DNA from: Phycisphaerae bacterium
GTDB taxonomy: Bacteria; Planctomycetota; Phycisphaerae; UBA1845; Fen-1342
Assembly: GCA_963675745.2 (NCBI GenBank)
Contig: CAXXWX010000019.1
Coordinates: forward strand, 288,001-352,000
Reading direction: 5' to 3'
Length of the DNA: 64,000 bases
Shown here: piece by piece, positions 1 to 9,900 of the stretch
How positions within the stretch are numbered: position 1 is the stretch's first letter
How the letters are laid out: the number at the start of each line of letters is the position of its first letter
Translations under genes and position numbers: made by a program
The notes under the pieces: model-generated
Told to the model about the DNA's origin: nothing
The model's input: only the letters and a program-made list of their open reading frames with translations
Database searches by the model: none

Positions 1-2
1 GC

Positions 3-233
3 ATCAACCAGTGTCTGGCACGTACGATCATGACCAGCCTGACCACGCTGGTGGTGTTGCTGACCATGTACATTTTCGGCGGCACCAGTATCCGCGGCTT
101 CAATTTCTGCATGATCATCGGCATCATCACCGGAACCTACTCGTCGGTCGCGGTTGCCGCGCCGTTGCTCATGCTGGCCCTGCGCCGTGAGGCCGTGCGT
201 GCGGGAGCCTCGATGGAGACCACGCCGGCGTAA
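3..233 (+). CDS. secF: Protein translocase subunit SecF (or SecDF fusion), 3' end; partial at window edge
   Basis: Open frame from window start reads INQCLARTIMTSLTTL...FGG...GIITGTYSSVAVAAPL, the conserved SecF C-terminal RT..TS.TT and GTYSS motifs. Confidence 0.9.
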   Translation: MNQCLARTIMTSLTTLVVLLTMYIFGGTSIRGFNFCMIIGIITGTYSSVAVAAPLLMLALRREAVRAGASMETTPA

Positions 234-332
234 AACGCTGGTGGTTGGCCGGCGACATCGGTTGTATAATTTCGGCCGGGTGCGCGGCAGGGACGTCGCC
301 GCACCCGGCCTTTCTTTGGCGAGGTTGGACCG

Positions 333-1403
333 ATGCGTACCGAAGTCAAAGCCGGCATCATCGCCGGGGTGATTCTGTTGGCCGCTCTGATTATCTACGT
401 GTCCACGCGGACCGGCTCGGAAGGCGACGTGAGCTTCGACAATCCGAGTCGGACCGTCGCCGGCAGCGCCGAACCCGCCGGCGACAAACGCCCGGTCACA
501 CCAGGTGGCTCGCGCGCGCGGCCGGGGGGTTCGCCCTCGGCATCGTCGCAGACTCCCCCACGACGCGCCACGACACCACGGACCGGCACCAATACCGCTA
601 CCAACACCGACACTGATGCCGACCCGCTGCGGACAGCCACCGGTAACCGCGCCACGCACTCCACGCCGCCACGCAGCACAACGCTGACCGGCACGCCGCA
701 TTCAACCACGCCCGCCGGTTCGCGCAGCACGGCCGCCCGCGGTGAACCACCGGCCCGTTCTCTCGATGATCTCGACCGAGCGGCCGGCGAGCGCACCGCA
801 TCAACGCCGGATCGTGATCCGGCCGGCGACTCACAAGCCCCGAACGGCACCCGCGCCAGCGAGAATCCGTACCGTAATTTTGTCAGCCTCCCGGATCGTG
901 CCGCTGACGCACGCCGCGAGACAAACCCGGCTCCACCGCCCACTCGTCGCACGACCCCGGGCGGTACAACGCCGCCGACTCCAACGCCCCGGGCGACCGG
1001 CACAACGTATACCGTCGAACATGGTGACATCTTCATTCACATTGTTCGCGACCATTACGGCGATGGAGATTATTGGCGGGCCGTCGCCGCCGCAAACCCG
1101 ACCATCAACCCGGACCTAATCCGTCCGGGTCAGAAGATCATCCTGCCGCCCAAGGACCAGGTGGTCAGCCGCACGACCACGCGCCCCACGCCGCCCACGC
1201 GCGGCGAATCCAGCACCACGCGCCGTGCCGCGGCAGGCGATCAGGCCGTCTACGTGGTCGAGAGTGGTGATACGCTGACCAAGATCGCCGAGAACATCCT
1301 GGGCGATGGAGCGCGTTACAACGAGATCTTCGAGTTGAATCGGGACCAGCTCGAGTCGGCTGACGAGATCCAGGCCGGCATGAAGCTGAAGATGCCGCGC
1401 TAG
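333..1403 (+). CDS. Membrane-anchored protein with two C-terminal LysM peptidoglycan-binding domains
   Basis: N-terminal TM helix, long T/P/R-rich linker, then YTVEHGD...IRPGQKIILP and YVVESGDTLTKIA...IQAGMKLKMP. Confidence 0.9.
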   Translation: MRTEVKAGIIAGVILLAALIIYVSTRTGSEGDVSFDNPSRTVAGSAEPAGDKRPVTPGGSRARPGGSPSASSQTPPRRATTPRTGTNTATNTDTDADPLRTATGNRATHSTPPRSTTLTGTPHSTTPAGSRSTAARGEPPARSLDDLDRAAGERTASTPDRDPAGDSQAPNGTRASENPYRNFVSLPDRAADARRETNPAPPPTRRTTPGGTTPPTPTPRATGTTYTVEHGDIFIHIVRDHYGDGDYWRAVAAANPTINPDLIRPGQKIILPPKDQVVSRTTTRPTPPTRGESSTTRRAAAGDQAVYVVESGDTLTKIAENILGDGARYNEIFELNRDQLESADEIQAGMKLKMPR

Positions 1404-1455
1404 GATCGTTTCCACCTCGATTGTCTCGCGCGTACTGCGCCGTGGCGGCCGCGCC

Positions 1456-1535
1456 GTAGCGGCCTGCGCCTCGCAGGCCGTCGGCACGAGACGGCGTTTC
1501 CGATATCAAACGGCCGGCGGGGCGCCGGCCGCTAC
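1456..1535. repeat. Inverted pair of GTAG-family REP-like palindromes (REPIN-like)
   Basis: GTAGCGGCCTGCGCCTCGCAGGCCG at 1456-1480 (+) and GTAGCGGCCGGCGCCCCGCCGGCCG at 1535-1511 (-), between convergent genes. Confidence 0.75.
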
Positions 1536-1656
1536 GCCTTACACTCATGCGTAGCGCTAAACACAAAACGCCCCCAGCGGAAACCACTCCAGGATCTGCG
1601 CGACATTTGCCGCGCTCCGGGCATATCACCGGGTATCGCGTCCCGGGCGATTCCGC

Positions 1657-2445
1657 TCAGTACGCCGGGGCTTCATCAACGCAATGGCTGCGTTCGTACA
1701 GAGCGCTGACCAGGGCTGATCCAAACAACAATACGCCACTCAGCGCAAGCCGCAGCGCGAAGCCTGCCAGCGCCGCAGGCGCGCCATAGTCGCCGACCAT
1801 CGGCTCGAGCAGGGCCCGCGCCCAGTGCAGCGGCAGCGCGAGCCCGAGCCCGTCACTACCCGGCAGCGGGCAGAGAAACGGCCCGACGGCCAGTAACGTC
1901 AACATGATCCATGCCAGCAGGAACACCAGCCCCGCGGCCACCCAGCCCAGGTTCCGCTGTGTGCTCGCGCGCAGATTGAATTCACGGCGTGGGCGACTGC
2001 ATTCGAGCCGGGCTCCCCAGACCTGGCTGAAGTAGATGAACGCCGCGAAGCCACCCGCAAAACAGGCAAACAGCAAAGCACCACCCACCACGCGCGCGAC
2101 GCTCGATGGCGGCGCCGGTGAGAGGGTTGCGACCGCAGCGCTCAGCACGGCGCACAACGGCAGCAGATACCACGCGCCGCCGCGCAGACGTACCCATGCG
2201 TGACGGTGGTCCAGCCGGCGCTGGTGCGCTTCCAGATCAGCCCGAACGACGGCCGGGTCGCCGAAGTCGGCGATCGCCGCGTCAATGGCCAGTGTTTCAG
2301 ACAAACCCGCCGCGTGTTTGTCGGCCACACACTGCTCGAGGTGGCCGCGCAGCTCATCGGCGACTTCCGCCCGCCGCTGAAGGCTCAGGTTGCTGTTTGC
2401 CAACACCGCGTCCAAATGGGCTCCGATCCGGGCTTGATCAGACAT
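1657..2445 (-). CDS. PadR-associated membrane protein with permease-prefix (HAAS-like) N-terminal domain
   Basis: EVADELRGHL...AIADFGDP N-terminal motif followed by several TM helices; overlaps the padR stop. Confidence 0.8.
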   Translation of the reverse strand: MSDQARIGAHLDAVLANSNLSLQRRAEVADELRGHLEQCVADKHAAGLSETLAIDAAIADFGDPAVVRADLEAHQRRLDHRHAWVRLRGGAWYLLPLCAVLSAAVATLSPAPPSSVARVVGGALLFACFAGGFAAFIYFSQVWGARLECSRPRREFNLRASTQRNLGWVAAGLVFLLAWIMLTLLAVGPFLCPLPGSDGLGLALPLHWARALLEPMVGDYGAPAALAGFALRLALSGVLLFGSALVSALYERSHCVDEAPAY

Positions 2446-2776
2446 GGGCGGGCCCTCCCAGCACGAGCGTCATGCCGTTGACGAGTGTCTCCCATTGCTG
2501 CGTGCGGCGTTCGAGCTGCTTGCCACCCCGCGCCGTGATTCGATAAACACGTCGGCGTCGTTGCCCCACGCCTGATTCCCACGCCCCCTTGATCCAGCCG
2601 CGCTCCTCCAGTTTGTACAACAGCGGGTAGAGCGTCCCTTCGCCGAACTCGAAAATCCCCGCGCTACGGCGTTTCAGCCGTTCGACCAGCTCGTAGCCGT
2701 GGCCGGGCGCCCGCGCCAACACGGCGAGGACCAGTGTTTCCGTAGTGCCCTTCAGGAGTTCCTTGTCGAGTCGCAT
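2438..2776 (-). CDS. PadR-family transcriptional regulator
   Basis: LLKGT..LVLAVL...HGYEL...EGTLYPLLYKLE..GWI...RRRVYRIT..G. Confidence 0.95.
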   Translation of the reverse strand: MRLDKELLKGTTETLVLAVLARAPGHGYELVERLKRRSAGIFEFGEGTLYPLLYKLEERGWIKGAWESGVGQRRRRVYRITARGGKQLERRTQQWETLVNGMTLVLGGPAHV

Positions 2777-2780
2777 GTTT

Positions 2781-2825
2781 ATACCTCGTATAACAAAGTA
2801 TTACGCGCATTTGACCCCCTGTCAA
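2781..2825 (-). promoter_or_regulatory. Sigma70-like promoter and candidate PadR operator
   Basis: TTGACA at 2825-2820 with TAATACT 16-17 nt downstream; imperfect palindrome ATACCTCGTATAACAAAGTAT (2781-2801) next to the start codon. Confidence 0.55.
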
Positions 2826-2923
2826 GAAGTGATTCGTTTCAAGCACCCCCGAGAAAGCGTGCCGGGCCGCGGCGGCCGCCGACTTGGCGTTTCCTGACCG
2901 GCGAGTCGCCTTTCGCACGCGTA

Positions 2924-4093
2924 CTACGAGTCCGTCCGCACCACGTTAATATCGTGCTGGGATAATTCGGCAACGTATTGATCGAGCGGGACCGATACCT
3001 CCAGCGGTCGGGCCCCGGGCGCGATCAGGCCGCGCGCCTGCATGTGAGCGACCAGTGCGGCGGGAAACGCGGTCGTGCGCTCCATTGCGGTAAGACCCGT
3101 GGCGTAGTCATGGCGATCCAGCAGGTCGTAGCGCAGCGTGCGCGGCTTGCCGGCGTGGCGCCCGCTGACCGTAACACGCAGAACAGCCAGGTCGCGCACT
3201 TCCGGAAACGTCAGACGATCTTCAAACAAGCGACGGAGCACGCGATGTGGCTCGAGCACATTACCGTCGCGCAGTTCGACCCGCGGCTCGAAACAGCCCA
3301 GTTCGAACATCGCGCGGATCACGGCGAAATGACCCGGATAGCGCACGGTCTTGTAATCATATGACTCCAGTTTGCCCGCAAACGTGTCCGCACACGTGCT
3401 TGTCCCGCCTGACGTTACCGCCGCCTCGCATTTGCCCACCGGCGGCGGAAACTCGATCCCTTCCACCTCGGTCAGCGTGGGTACACTGCGCTTCTGGCCG
3501 CCGCGGAGAAACTCGCCCTGGCCGCTGTATTCGTTGATGAGCCCCTCAAAGTTGAAAACCAGTTTGTAACCCAGCGGACCAACCGGGCGCTCCGGCAACC
3601 CGCCACAACGCACCTGAACGTGTTGCGGTTCGTCGAGCGCCGCGATGCCGTGTGCGGCGAGGATATTGCCCAGCCCCGGTGCCAGCCCACAATCCGGGAC
3701 TACGCTGACACCCCGGGCACGCGCGGCCGGATTCAGCTCCAATTGGCTGCGTACGACCGTCGTATTGCCTCCCAGATCACAAAATGAGACGCCCGCCTCC
3801 ACCGCCGCCCGCGTCAGCGCCGTGTTGAAGCGATAGGGCACCGCGGAGATGATGACGTCAGCGCCTCTGACGGCGGTCACCACACCGGCGGGATCGCCGA
3901 CATCGCACGCGATCGCGCTCAGTTCGGCGGTGTTTAGCGGCAGGAGCCCATGAAGCCGGTCAAGCGCGGCTCTACAGATTCCGATGTCAACATCCGCCAG
4001 CGTGATCCCGCGCGCCTCGCCACGTTTCGCCAGATCGTAGGCCAGCGCGACGCCTTGTCGGCCGGCCCCGAGCACGACGTACCGAAAGCTCAT
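2924..4093 (-). CDS. Saccharopine dehydrogenase / lysine 6-dehydrogenase family oxidoreductase
   Basis: VLGAGRQG Rossmann motif, DLGGN, DCGLAPG, GGLP..P..PLGYKLVF, YKTVRYPGH, AMERTTAFP. Confidence 0.9.
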   Translation of the reverse strand: MSFRYVVLGAGRQGVALAYDLAKRGEARGITLADVDIGICRAALDRLHGLLPLNTAELSAIACDVGDPAGVVTAVRGADVIISAVPYRFNTALTRAAVEAGVSFCDLGGNTTVVRSQLELNPAARARGVSVVPDCGLAPGLGNILAAHGIAALDEPQHVQVRCGGLPERPVGPLGYKLVFNFEGLINEYSGQGEFLRGGQKRSVPTLTEVEGIEFPPPVGKCEAAVTSGGTSTCADTFAGKLESYDYKTVRYPGHFAVIRAMFELGCFEPRVELRDGNVLEPHRVLRRLFEDRLTFPEVRDLAVLRVTVSGRHAGKPRTLRYDLLDRHDYATGLTAMERTTAFPAALVAHMQARGLIAPGARPLEVSVPLDQYVAELSQHDINVVRTDS

Positions 4094-4147
4094 CCAAATA
4101 CCTCCGACGGTTGATTGCCCGTTATTCAGTCACCGCGCGCGTGGCCC

Positions 4148-4711
4148 TTATACGCCGGATAGCCAGGGCTTGTCAGCGCCTCCGCCGGCTTTGTTTTCAT
4201 AGCGCGCCAGCACGAACAGAGCGTCCGACAGCCGGTTCAGGTAGCGTTGCAGATCGCCGCTGACGGGCTCGGCCTGTCCAAGCCGCAGAACCACACGCTC
4301 CGCGCGCCGGCACACCGTGCGGGCCACCTGGAGTGCCGCCGCCACACACGTCCCGCCGGGCAGTATGAAGTTTGCCAACGGATCCAACTCTGCCGAGAGC
4401 TCATCAAGCACCGCTTCCAGTACCTCAATGTGGCGGGGTTCAATGCGGTTTGCGGGCGGCACGGCCGCATTCGTATTCGGCATGCTCAGCTCGGCACCGG
4501 CGCGCAACAGGTCGCCCTGCACACAGTGCAGTACCTCCAGGCCGCGCTCGCTCGGGCCGTGTGCGGCGGCAACACCGATAACGGCGTTGAGCTCATCGAT
4601 GGTCCCATATGCTTCGACGCGCAGGGCTGTCTTGGCGACCCGCGCGCCATTGCCGAGCCCTGTTGTTCCGTCATCGCCGGTGCGTGTGTAGATCTTCGCT
4701 TTGCGTGGCAC
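4148..4711 (-). CDS. PduO-type ATP:cob(I)alamin adenosyltransferase
   Basis: KIYTRTGDDGTTGL, EAYGTIDELNA, FILPGG, ARTVCRRAER, YLNRLSDALF; GTG start inferred at 4711. Confidence 0.93.
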   Translation of the reverse strand: MPRKAKIYTRTGDDGTTGLGNGARVAKTALRVEAYGTIDELNAVIGVAAAHGPSERGLEVLHCVQGDLLRAGAELSMPNTNAAVPPANRIEPRHIEVLEAVLDELSAELDPLANFILPGGTCVAAALQVARTVCRRAERVVLRLGQAEPVSGDLQRYLNRLSDALFVLARYENKAGGGADKPWLSGV

Positions 4712-4889
4712 GGTTGAATCTCCCGAGGCCCAGGTCCGCGTCGCAGCAGGTTTGCGCAAGTTCACTTTCATCTGCGGCAAATGTTTCCCACGCTTCCTAT
4801 TGTAAGGGTTGAACCGCGCCGACCGTAAGTCGCGGATACGCCGCATACCGACCGGCTGATAGCCGAATCGTGGGAGTGGAGACTAGCTG

Positions 4890-5315
4890 ATGGAAGACTG
4901 GAAACGTGCGTTTGCTGACAAGCTCAAGGATGTCCAGTCCCACTGGGTCAAGCAATTCGATGTCATGATGGACCAGCACATCACACCGGCCTTTGACGAG
5001 TTGGAAGGTTTCGTGCGCAACGTTGGCTTCACAACGTCATCGCCGATGCGCGAAGACGACCGGCGCTCGTTGAAATTCGAGCTCGCCGAGAATGCGTACC
5101 TGCTGATGATCTTCCGCTCGACGGGCATCGGTGAGTTTGAGCTGCGGTGCGAGTCATTCGCGCCCGGACAGGAACCGGTCTTCACAAAGCAGACGGTGCG
5201 CGTCGTCGAGGTGGACAATGCCTGGGCGGAGCGCCGATTCCAGGTCGCGCTCGACGCCTTCGTCGATCACCTGGGCTCCACCGAGGTAGCGGCCGAGCCT
5301 GAACTGGTCGCGTGA
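4890..5315 (+). CDS. Hypothetical protein (141 aa)
   Basis: Genome-like codon usage, GGAG RBS, fills the gap between flanking genes; no motif recognised. Confidence 0.7.
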   Translation: MEDWKRAFADKLKDVQSHWVKQFDVMMDQHITPAFDELEGFVRNVGFTTSSPMREDDRRSLKFELAENAYLLMIFRSTGIGEFELRCESFAPGQEPVFTKQTVRVVEVDNAWAERRFQVALDAFVDHLGSTEVAAEPELVA

Positions 5316-5356
5316 TAACGTCGTAACCCGCCCAAGTGAATAGCGCCTACCGCGCC

Positions 5357-5381
5357 GTAGCGGCCTGCACTCCGCGGGCCG
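5357..5381 (+). repeat. GTAG-family REP-like palindrome
   Basis: GTAGCGGCCTGCACTCCGCGGGCCG, near-identical to 1456-1480. Confidence 0.7.
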
Positions 5382-5451
5382 TCGGCGCGCCGGGTGTTCT
5401 GCTGGGTGCCATGCCGACGGCCGTTTGCGTCGGCATGTTTTTCCATCGCCG

Positions 5452-6738
5452 CTAGGTCAACGGGTTGATCACCAGGCCGCTGGCCAGCTTCGGGTAAAAG
5501 AACGTGCTCTTTTGCGGCATCAGGTCGCCGGCCTGACATACCCCGCGCATCTCTTCCATCGTGGTCGGCTGCATCAGAAACGCGGTCCCGCTTGTGTCAT
5601 TGGCGACGTTCACCGCGTCCGCGTCGGACTTGATGTAGCGTACCTCGGGGGCCTTGCCGTCACAGAGCTTGGGTGTCACCACGCCGTCAAGCACATACGC
5701 GTGCAGGAACGCGAGTCCGAGCTTGCGCCACGCCGCGCTGCGCTCGCCGGCGACGCTGTCAAGGATGTTCGCGTCCTTCGGACGCAACGCGATAAAGGCA
5801 CGGCTGTCCTGGTTGTAAAACGAGATCGCCTGCGGACCGAGTTCGGCCAATTCGCGAACCACCGCCTCCGGCTTGCTCGCGCTCAATACCTTTACTTCGA
5901 GCAACGGGTCGGCATCGAACAGATCGCGCGTTACGACCACGCCGGGGAGCACGCGATGCGTCGGCAGAATCAACAGGCCGGGATCTTCCATCGCGCAGAA
6001 CACGGTCAGGACATAGTTCGCCGGGTGGTCGGCGGGCAGCTCACCCTTCTGCTCGATCAGCCAATCGCGATACAGCATTGCCGTGCCGCAGCGATGGTGC
6101 CCGTCGGCTATGAATGTCGGTTTCTCCGCCATCAGGTCGCGCACGGCGGAAATCACGCCTGAATCGGTAACGGCCCACATGTGGTTCTCAACTCCGTCGA
6201 GCGTGCCCCGCGCCAGCGGCTTGTCCGGACGGGCGGCATCCAGCCGTTTGGCCACATCATTGGCGGCATCGGGATACAGGCCGAAAATGGGGCTGAGGTT
6301 GGCCTCGCAGGCTTTGGTCAGACACAGGCGATCCTCTTTCGGCCCGCCGAAAGTCTTCTCGTGCGGAAAGATGCTGCCTTGTCCAAACGGCTCCAGCTTG
6401 AGGCGGGCAAAAAACATCTTGCGCACATACTCAGTGCCGCCATGCGTGTAGCGCTGGTGATAGACATAGACGGCCGGCGTCTGATCACGGACCATCGCGC
6501 CATCGGCCAGCCAGGTGTCCAGTTCCTGGCGCGCGCCGGTGTAAGCCTCGGGCGGCCCGGCGGCTTTCGGCGGCGTGTGAGGAAGGTCGATCTTCACGAA
6601 GTTATGACGATCCTGCGCCAGCAACGCAAGTTTGTCTTCGTTACTCAGCACGTCATAAGGCGGTGCGAGACGTGCTGACAGGTCAGTGTCGCTCCCGGTG
6701 CCGTAGCGGATGGCGGCAAACGGTCGGATTTCGCTCAT
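5452..6738 (-). CDS. DUF1015 family protein
   Basis: IRPF.A.RY, APPYDV, PHEKT, IADGHHR, ILPTHR, MPQKSTFFYPKL.SGL. Confidence 0.9.
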   Translation of the reverse strand: MSEIRPFAAIRYGTGSDTDLSARLAPPYDVLSNEDKLALLAQDRHNFVKIDLPHTPPKAAGPPEAYTGARQELDTWLADGAMVRDQTPAVYVYHQRYTHGGTEYVRKMFFARLKLEPFGQGSIFPHEKTFGGPKEDRLCLTKACEANLSPIFGLYPDAANDVAKRLDAARPDKPLARGTLDGVENHMWAVTDSGVISAVRDLMAEKPTFIADGHHRCGTAMLYRDWLIEQKGELPADHPANYVLTVFCAMEDPGLLILPTHRVLPGVVVTRDLFDADPLLEVKVLSASKPEAVVRELAELGPQAISFYNQDSRAFIALRPKDANILDSVAGERSAAWRKLGLAFLHAYVLDGVVTPKLCDGKAPEVRYIKSDADAVNVANDTSGTAFLMQPTTMEEMRGVCQAGDLMPQKSTFFYPKLASGLVINPLT

Positions 6739-6918
6739 TCGGTCTTCCTTTCGGCTGTCTATGCCACGTCCACGGTTGTGGCGGCACGTGCCGCCTTCCG
6801 TTGACCGGCCACCTGGAAACCACTACATTTATCCGGCGGTCCCGTTATTCGGTGTGGGCACCGCATGGCTGGGCAGAAAACCCTCATTCGTGCCACGTGT
6901 ACCCGGAGGCAGTCACCC

Positions 6919-9900
6919 ATGTACAACCAGCGGCTCGCACGCGTGTCTGTGGTCACGCTCACAGTGCTCGCAGGTATTATGACTACCATCTGGCTGGGCG
7001 GCTGTCCACTCGCCCCTCAGCCCCAGCAGCCGACAAGCGCCCTCGACGGTTCGGGCGCGGATTCAACAGACGGGACCGACGGTACCGATGGAGGCACAAC
7101 GACGCCATCCGGGCCCAACGATCCACGTCCGGTAACCCCCGCAGGCGGCGACAGTAACGAGCCCACGGAGCCCGTGGAGCCGTTCGACCCGTTCATACCG
7201 GTCGACGGCGGGGGCGACGGTGGCGGTGACGGCGGCACGATTCGACCCGTTACGGTCGAACTCATCGAGCCCCTCTCACGGCTGCAAGTTCCCAGTGGAA
7301 CCATCATCGATATCGCCTTTACCGCAACCGATCCCGACGGCGCCCTCGAGACGCTCCAAGTCGTACTTTTCCGCGACAACAACGCCGACGAGGATCCCGA
7401 CGATCTCGACGACGACGGCGAGATTACCAGCGCTGATGCCGTCTTTGAACGCACCAGCACCAGCTTCGTTGCCGGTGCAACCAACCGCCTGTCTCTAAAC
7501 ACATCCGACATCTTCGATGCCGGCCTGCTTAACGCCGAGAGCTTCGGGCGCTTCGTCATCGGCGTGAGCTCCAGCGACAATCTCGGCCGCGAGGCTTTGG
7601 ATTACTCCCCCCGAGCCCTGATTCTCAAGACCGAGATCCCTGCTATCTCCCTCACCGGCCCCGTGACACCGACCAGCCCGCTGGGCATCGGCACGCCGGT
7701 CTCGATCGATTTCTTCGTTGAGGATCCTGACAACGCGCTGTTGCCGCAGCCCGATGGCCTGAAGATCATCTATGCCAAGGACGACGATGGCGACGCGCAG
7801 CCGGACGCCGGCCAGGCGATCAACACCATCGACGTCGTTAATCTCGGCGTCGGCGAAAACTCCTATTCATTCGACACACGCCGCCTGCTGGATGAGGGGC
7901 TGCTCGACGCCACCGGCGGCGGACAGTTCGTCTTCGGTGTGAGTGCCAGCGACAATGTCGGCCGGACCTATCAGCATTGGTCAGGTGGCACCGTCACGGT
8001 CGAGAGCATCGCACCCGGCGGCAGCATTAACTCGCCGGCCGGTGCGACCGCGATCCGCCCGGGCAACGCGCTCGAAGTGGTCTTTACCGTCACCGATCCC
8101 GACACCGTCCTGCTGGCCCAGCCTAACGGCATCAAATTCGTCATCGCCCGTGATGAGGACGGCGTCGCCGGGGCTGACGAAATTGTCTTCACCGACGCTG
8201 CCATGACCTTCGCGGCCGGCCAGCACACCTATGCGGTCGACACCAGCATGTTCACGAAACAAAACCTGCTGGACGCTGATGGCAATGGCACATTCCTGGT
8301 CGGCTTTGTGATTGCGGACATTTTCGGCCGCACAAACGCGGTTTACGCACCGTGGCAGCTTACCGTCGATAACGTCAAGCCCGTCGGCGTGATGTTCAAG
8401 ATGGCGACGCCCGACGACAACCCGCCCACCGACGATGGTGACCCCTTGCTCACCCCGTCGGTCGACCCAAGCGATGCGGACTATCCGCTGTGGATCGATC
8501 CCGAGAACCGCTTGATGACCATAAAGGGACGCGTCGGCTTCTGGTTCCGCACGACCGACACGTCCGACCTGACGATCAAGATCTGGGCCGACACCGACGA
8601 CGATGCCACTGGCGACACTGGTACGCTCGTTGCCGAGGCAGTCGCCGAAGCCGGCACCAACGTGGACACCGCGCTCAGTATCGACCTGACTGACCTGGCG
8701 CCGGACACGTACTACTACTACGTCACGATTGCCGACGCCGTCACCAGCGATCCGTACGCCTTTTACGCGCCGACACTTGATGACGGAAGTGACGATATTC
8801 GCCTCGGTCTGACCAAGCGCCTGGTTGGCGAGTTCCGGCTCGAACGGCTCACCGTGGAGCCTGATGATCCCCAGGATTCCGAGGGCGTCGTCTTCCAGGG
8901 TGTCAACTTCAATGACCTGGGTGGTTCGTCGCTCGCCGGCGTACCCAGTCTGAACGACGACAACGGCGATGGTGTGATCGACGAGAACGACAACGCCGAG
9001 TTCATCATTGGCGCGCGCTTCGGTAAGGCTTACATCATCGAGAACAACGGCGTCGGGTTTGGTGAGGCTTACCTGCTCTACGGCAACGCCGGCCGACTGT
9101 CCGGCACCAGGCCGTTGAACACCGTCGGAAGTTCCATCGACGGAATTGTCTTCCCAGGTATCCGCACACCGCGGGCCGCTGGGGCAACGGTTCCTCTGCC
9201 ATCCAACCCCGTTCTCACGTATCCGGCCAACGAGAGCACGCGCTGGACCGCCGGTCTTTCGGATGTCACCGTTGTGCCCGACATGGACGGTGATGATCGC
9301 CCCGAGCTCGTGTTCAGCTTCCCGCGCGTCGAGTCGGTCTCGCTCAGCGTCACCAGCCCGTCAGTTCAGCATCCGGAACTGGTGCCCGATCTTAACGCCA
9401 TGGGAAATCTCGAATACAACGCCTGGTATGGGCTTGTGCCTTCGTGGCACGTCAACGAGTCGCAGTTTACGCGTGGCGGCGTTGTCGTCGTGTCCAGTCA
9501 CAACGAGCTGCTGCAGTACCCGGATCTGCTCAACCGCAAGGCCGACCGCGTTATTGACCTGCACGAAGTCGGCCAGCTCTTCAGCAGCATGAGCCGGCCC
9601 GATCCGGTTATCTATCCCGCGCTGGTCTTCTCGCGCGGCGACACTTGTGCTGATTGCGATGGCGACCTGAGCAACGGTTGGGATGCGGGCGACAACGCTG
9701 ATCCTAACAACCCGACGCCGGGCAATTGCGGCGACGACAACTGCGGCGATCCCACGGATGGACGCGAAGAGCAGATCGCGCGCTGGGTCATCGAGTGGGA
9801 CATCGCGTTCAACAACCAGGGCCCCGGCGGATTCCTCCAATCATGGACGGTGCCACCCGCCGAGCCGCCGCTGGCGAACCCGGCCTCGTGGCCGTACCCG

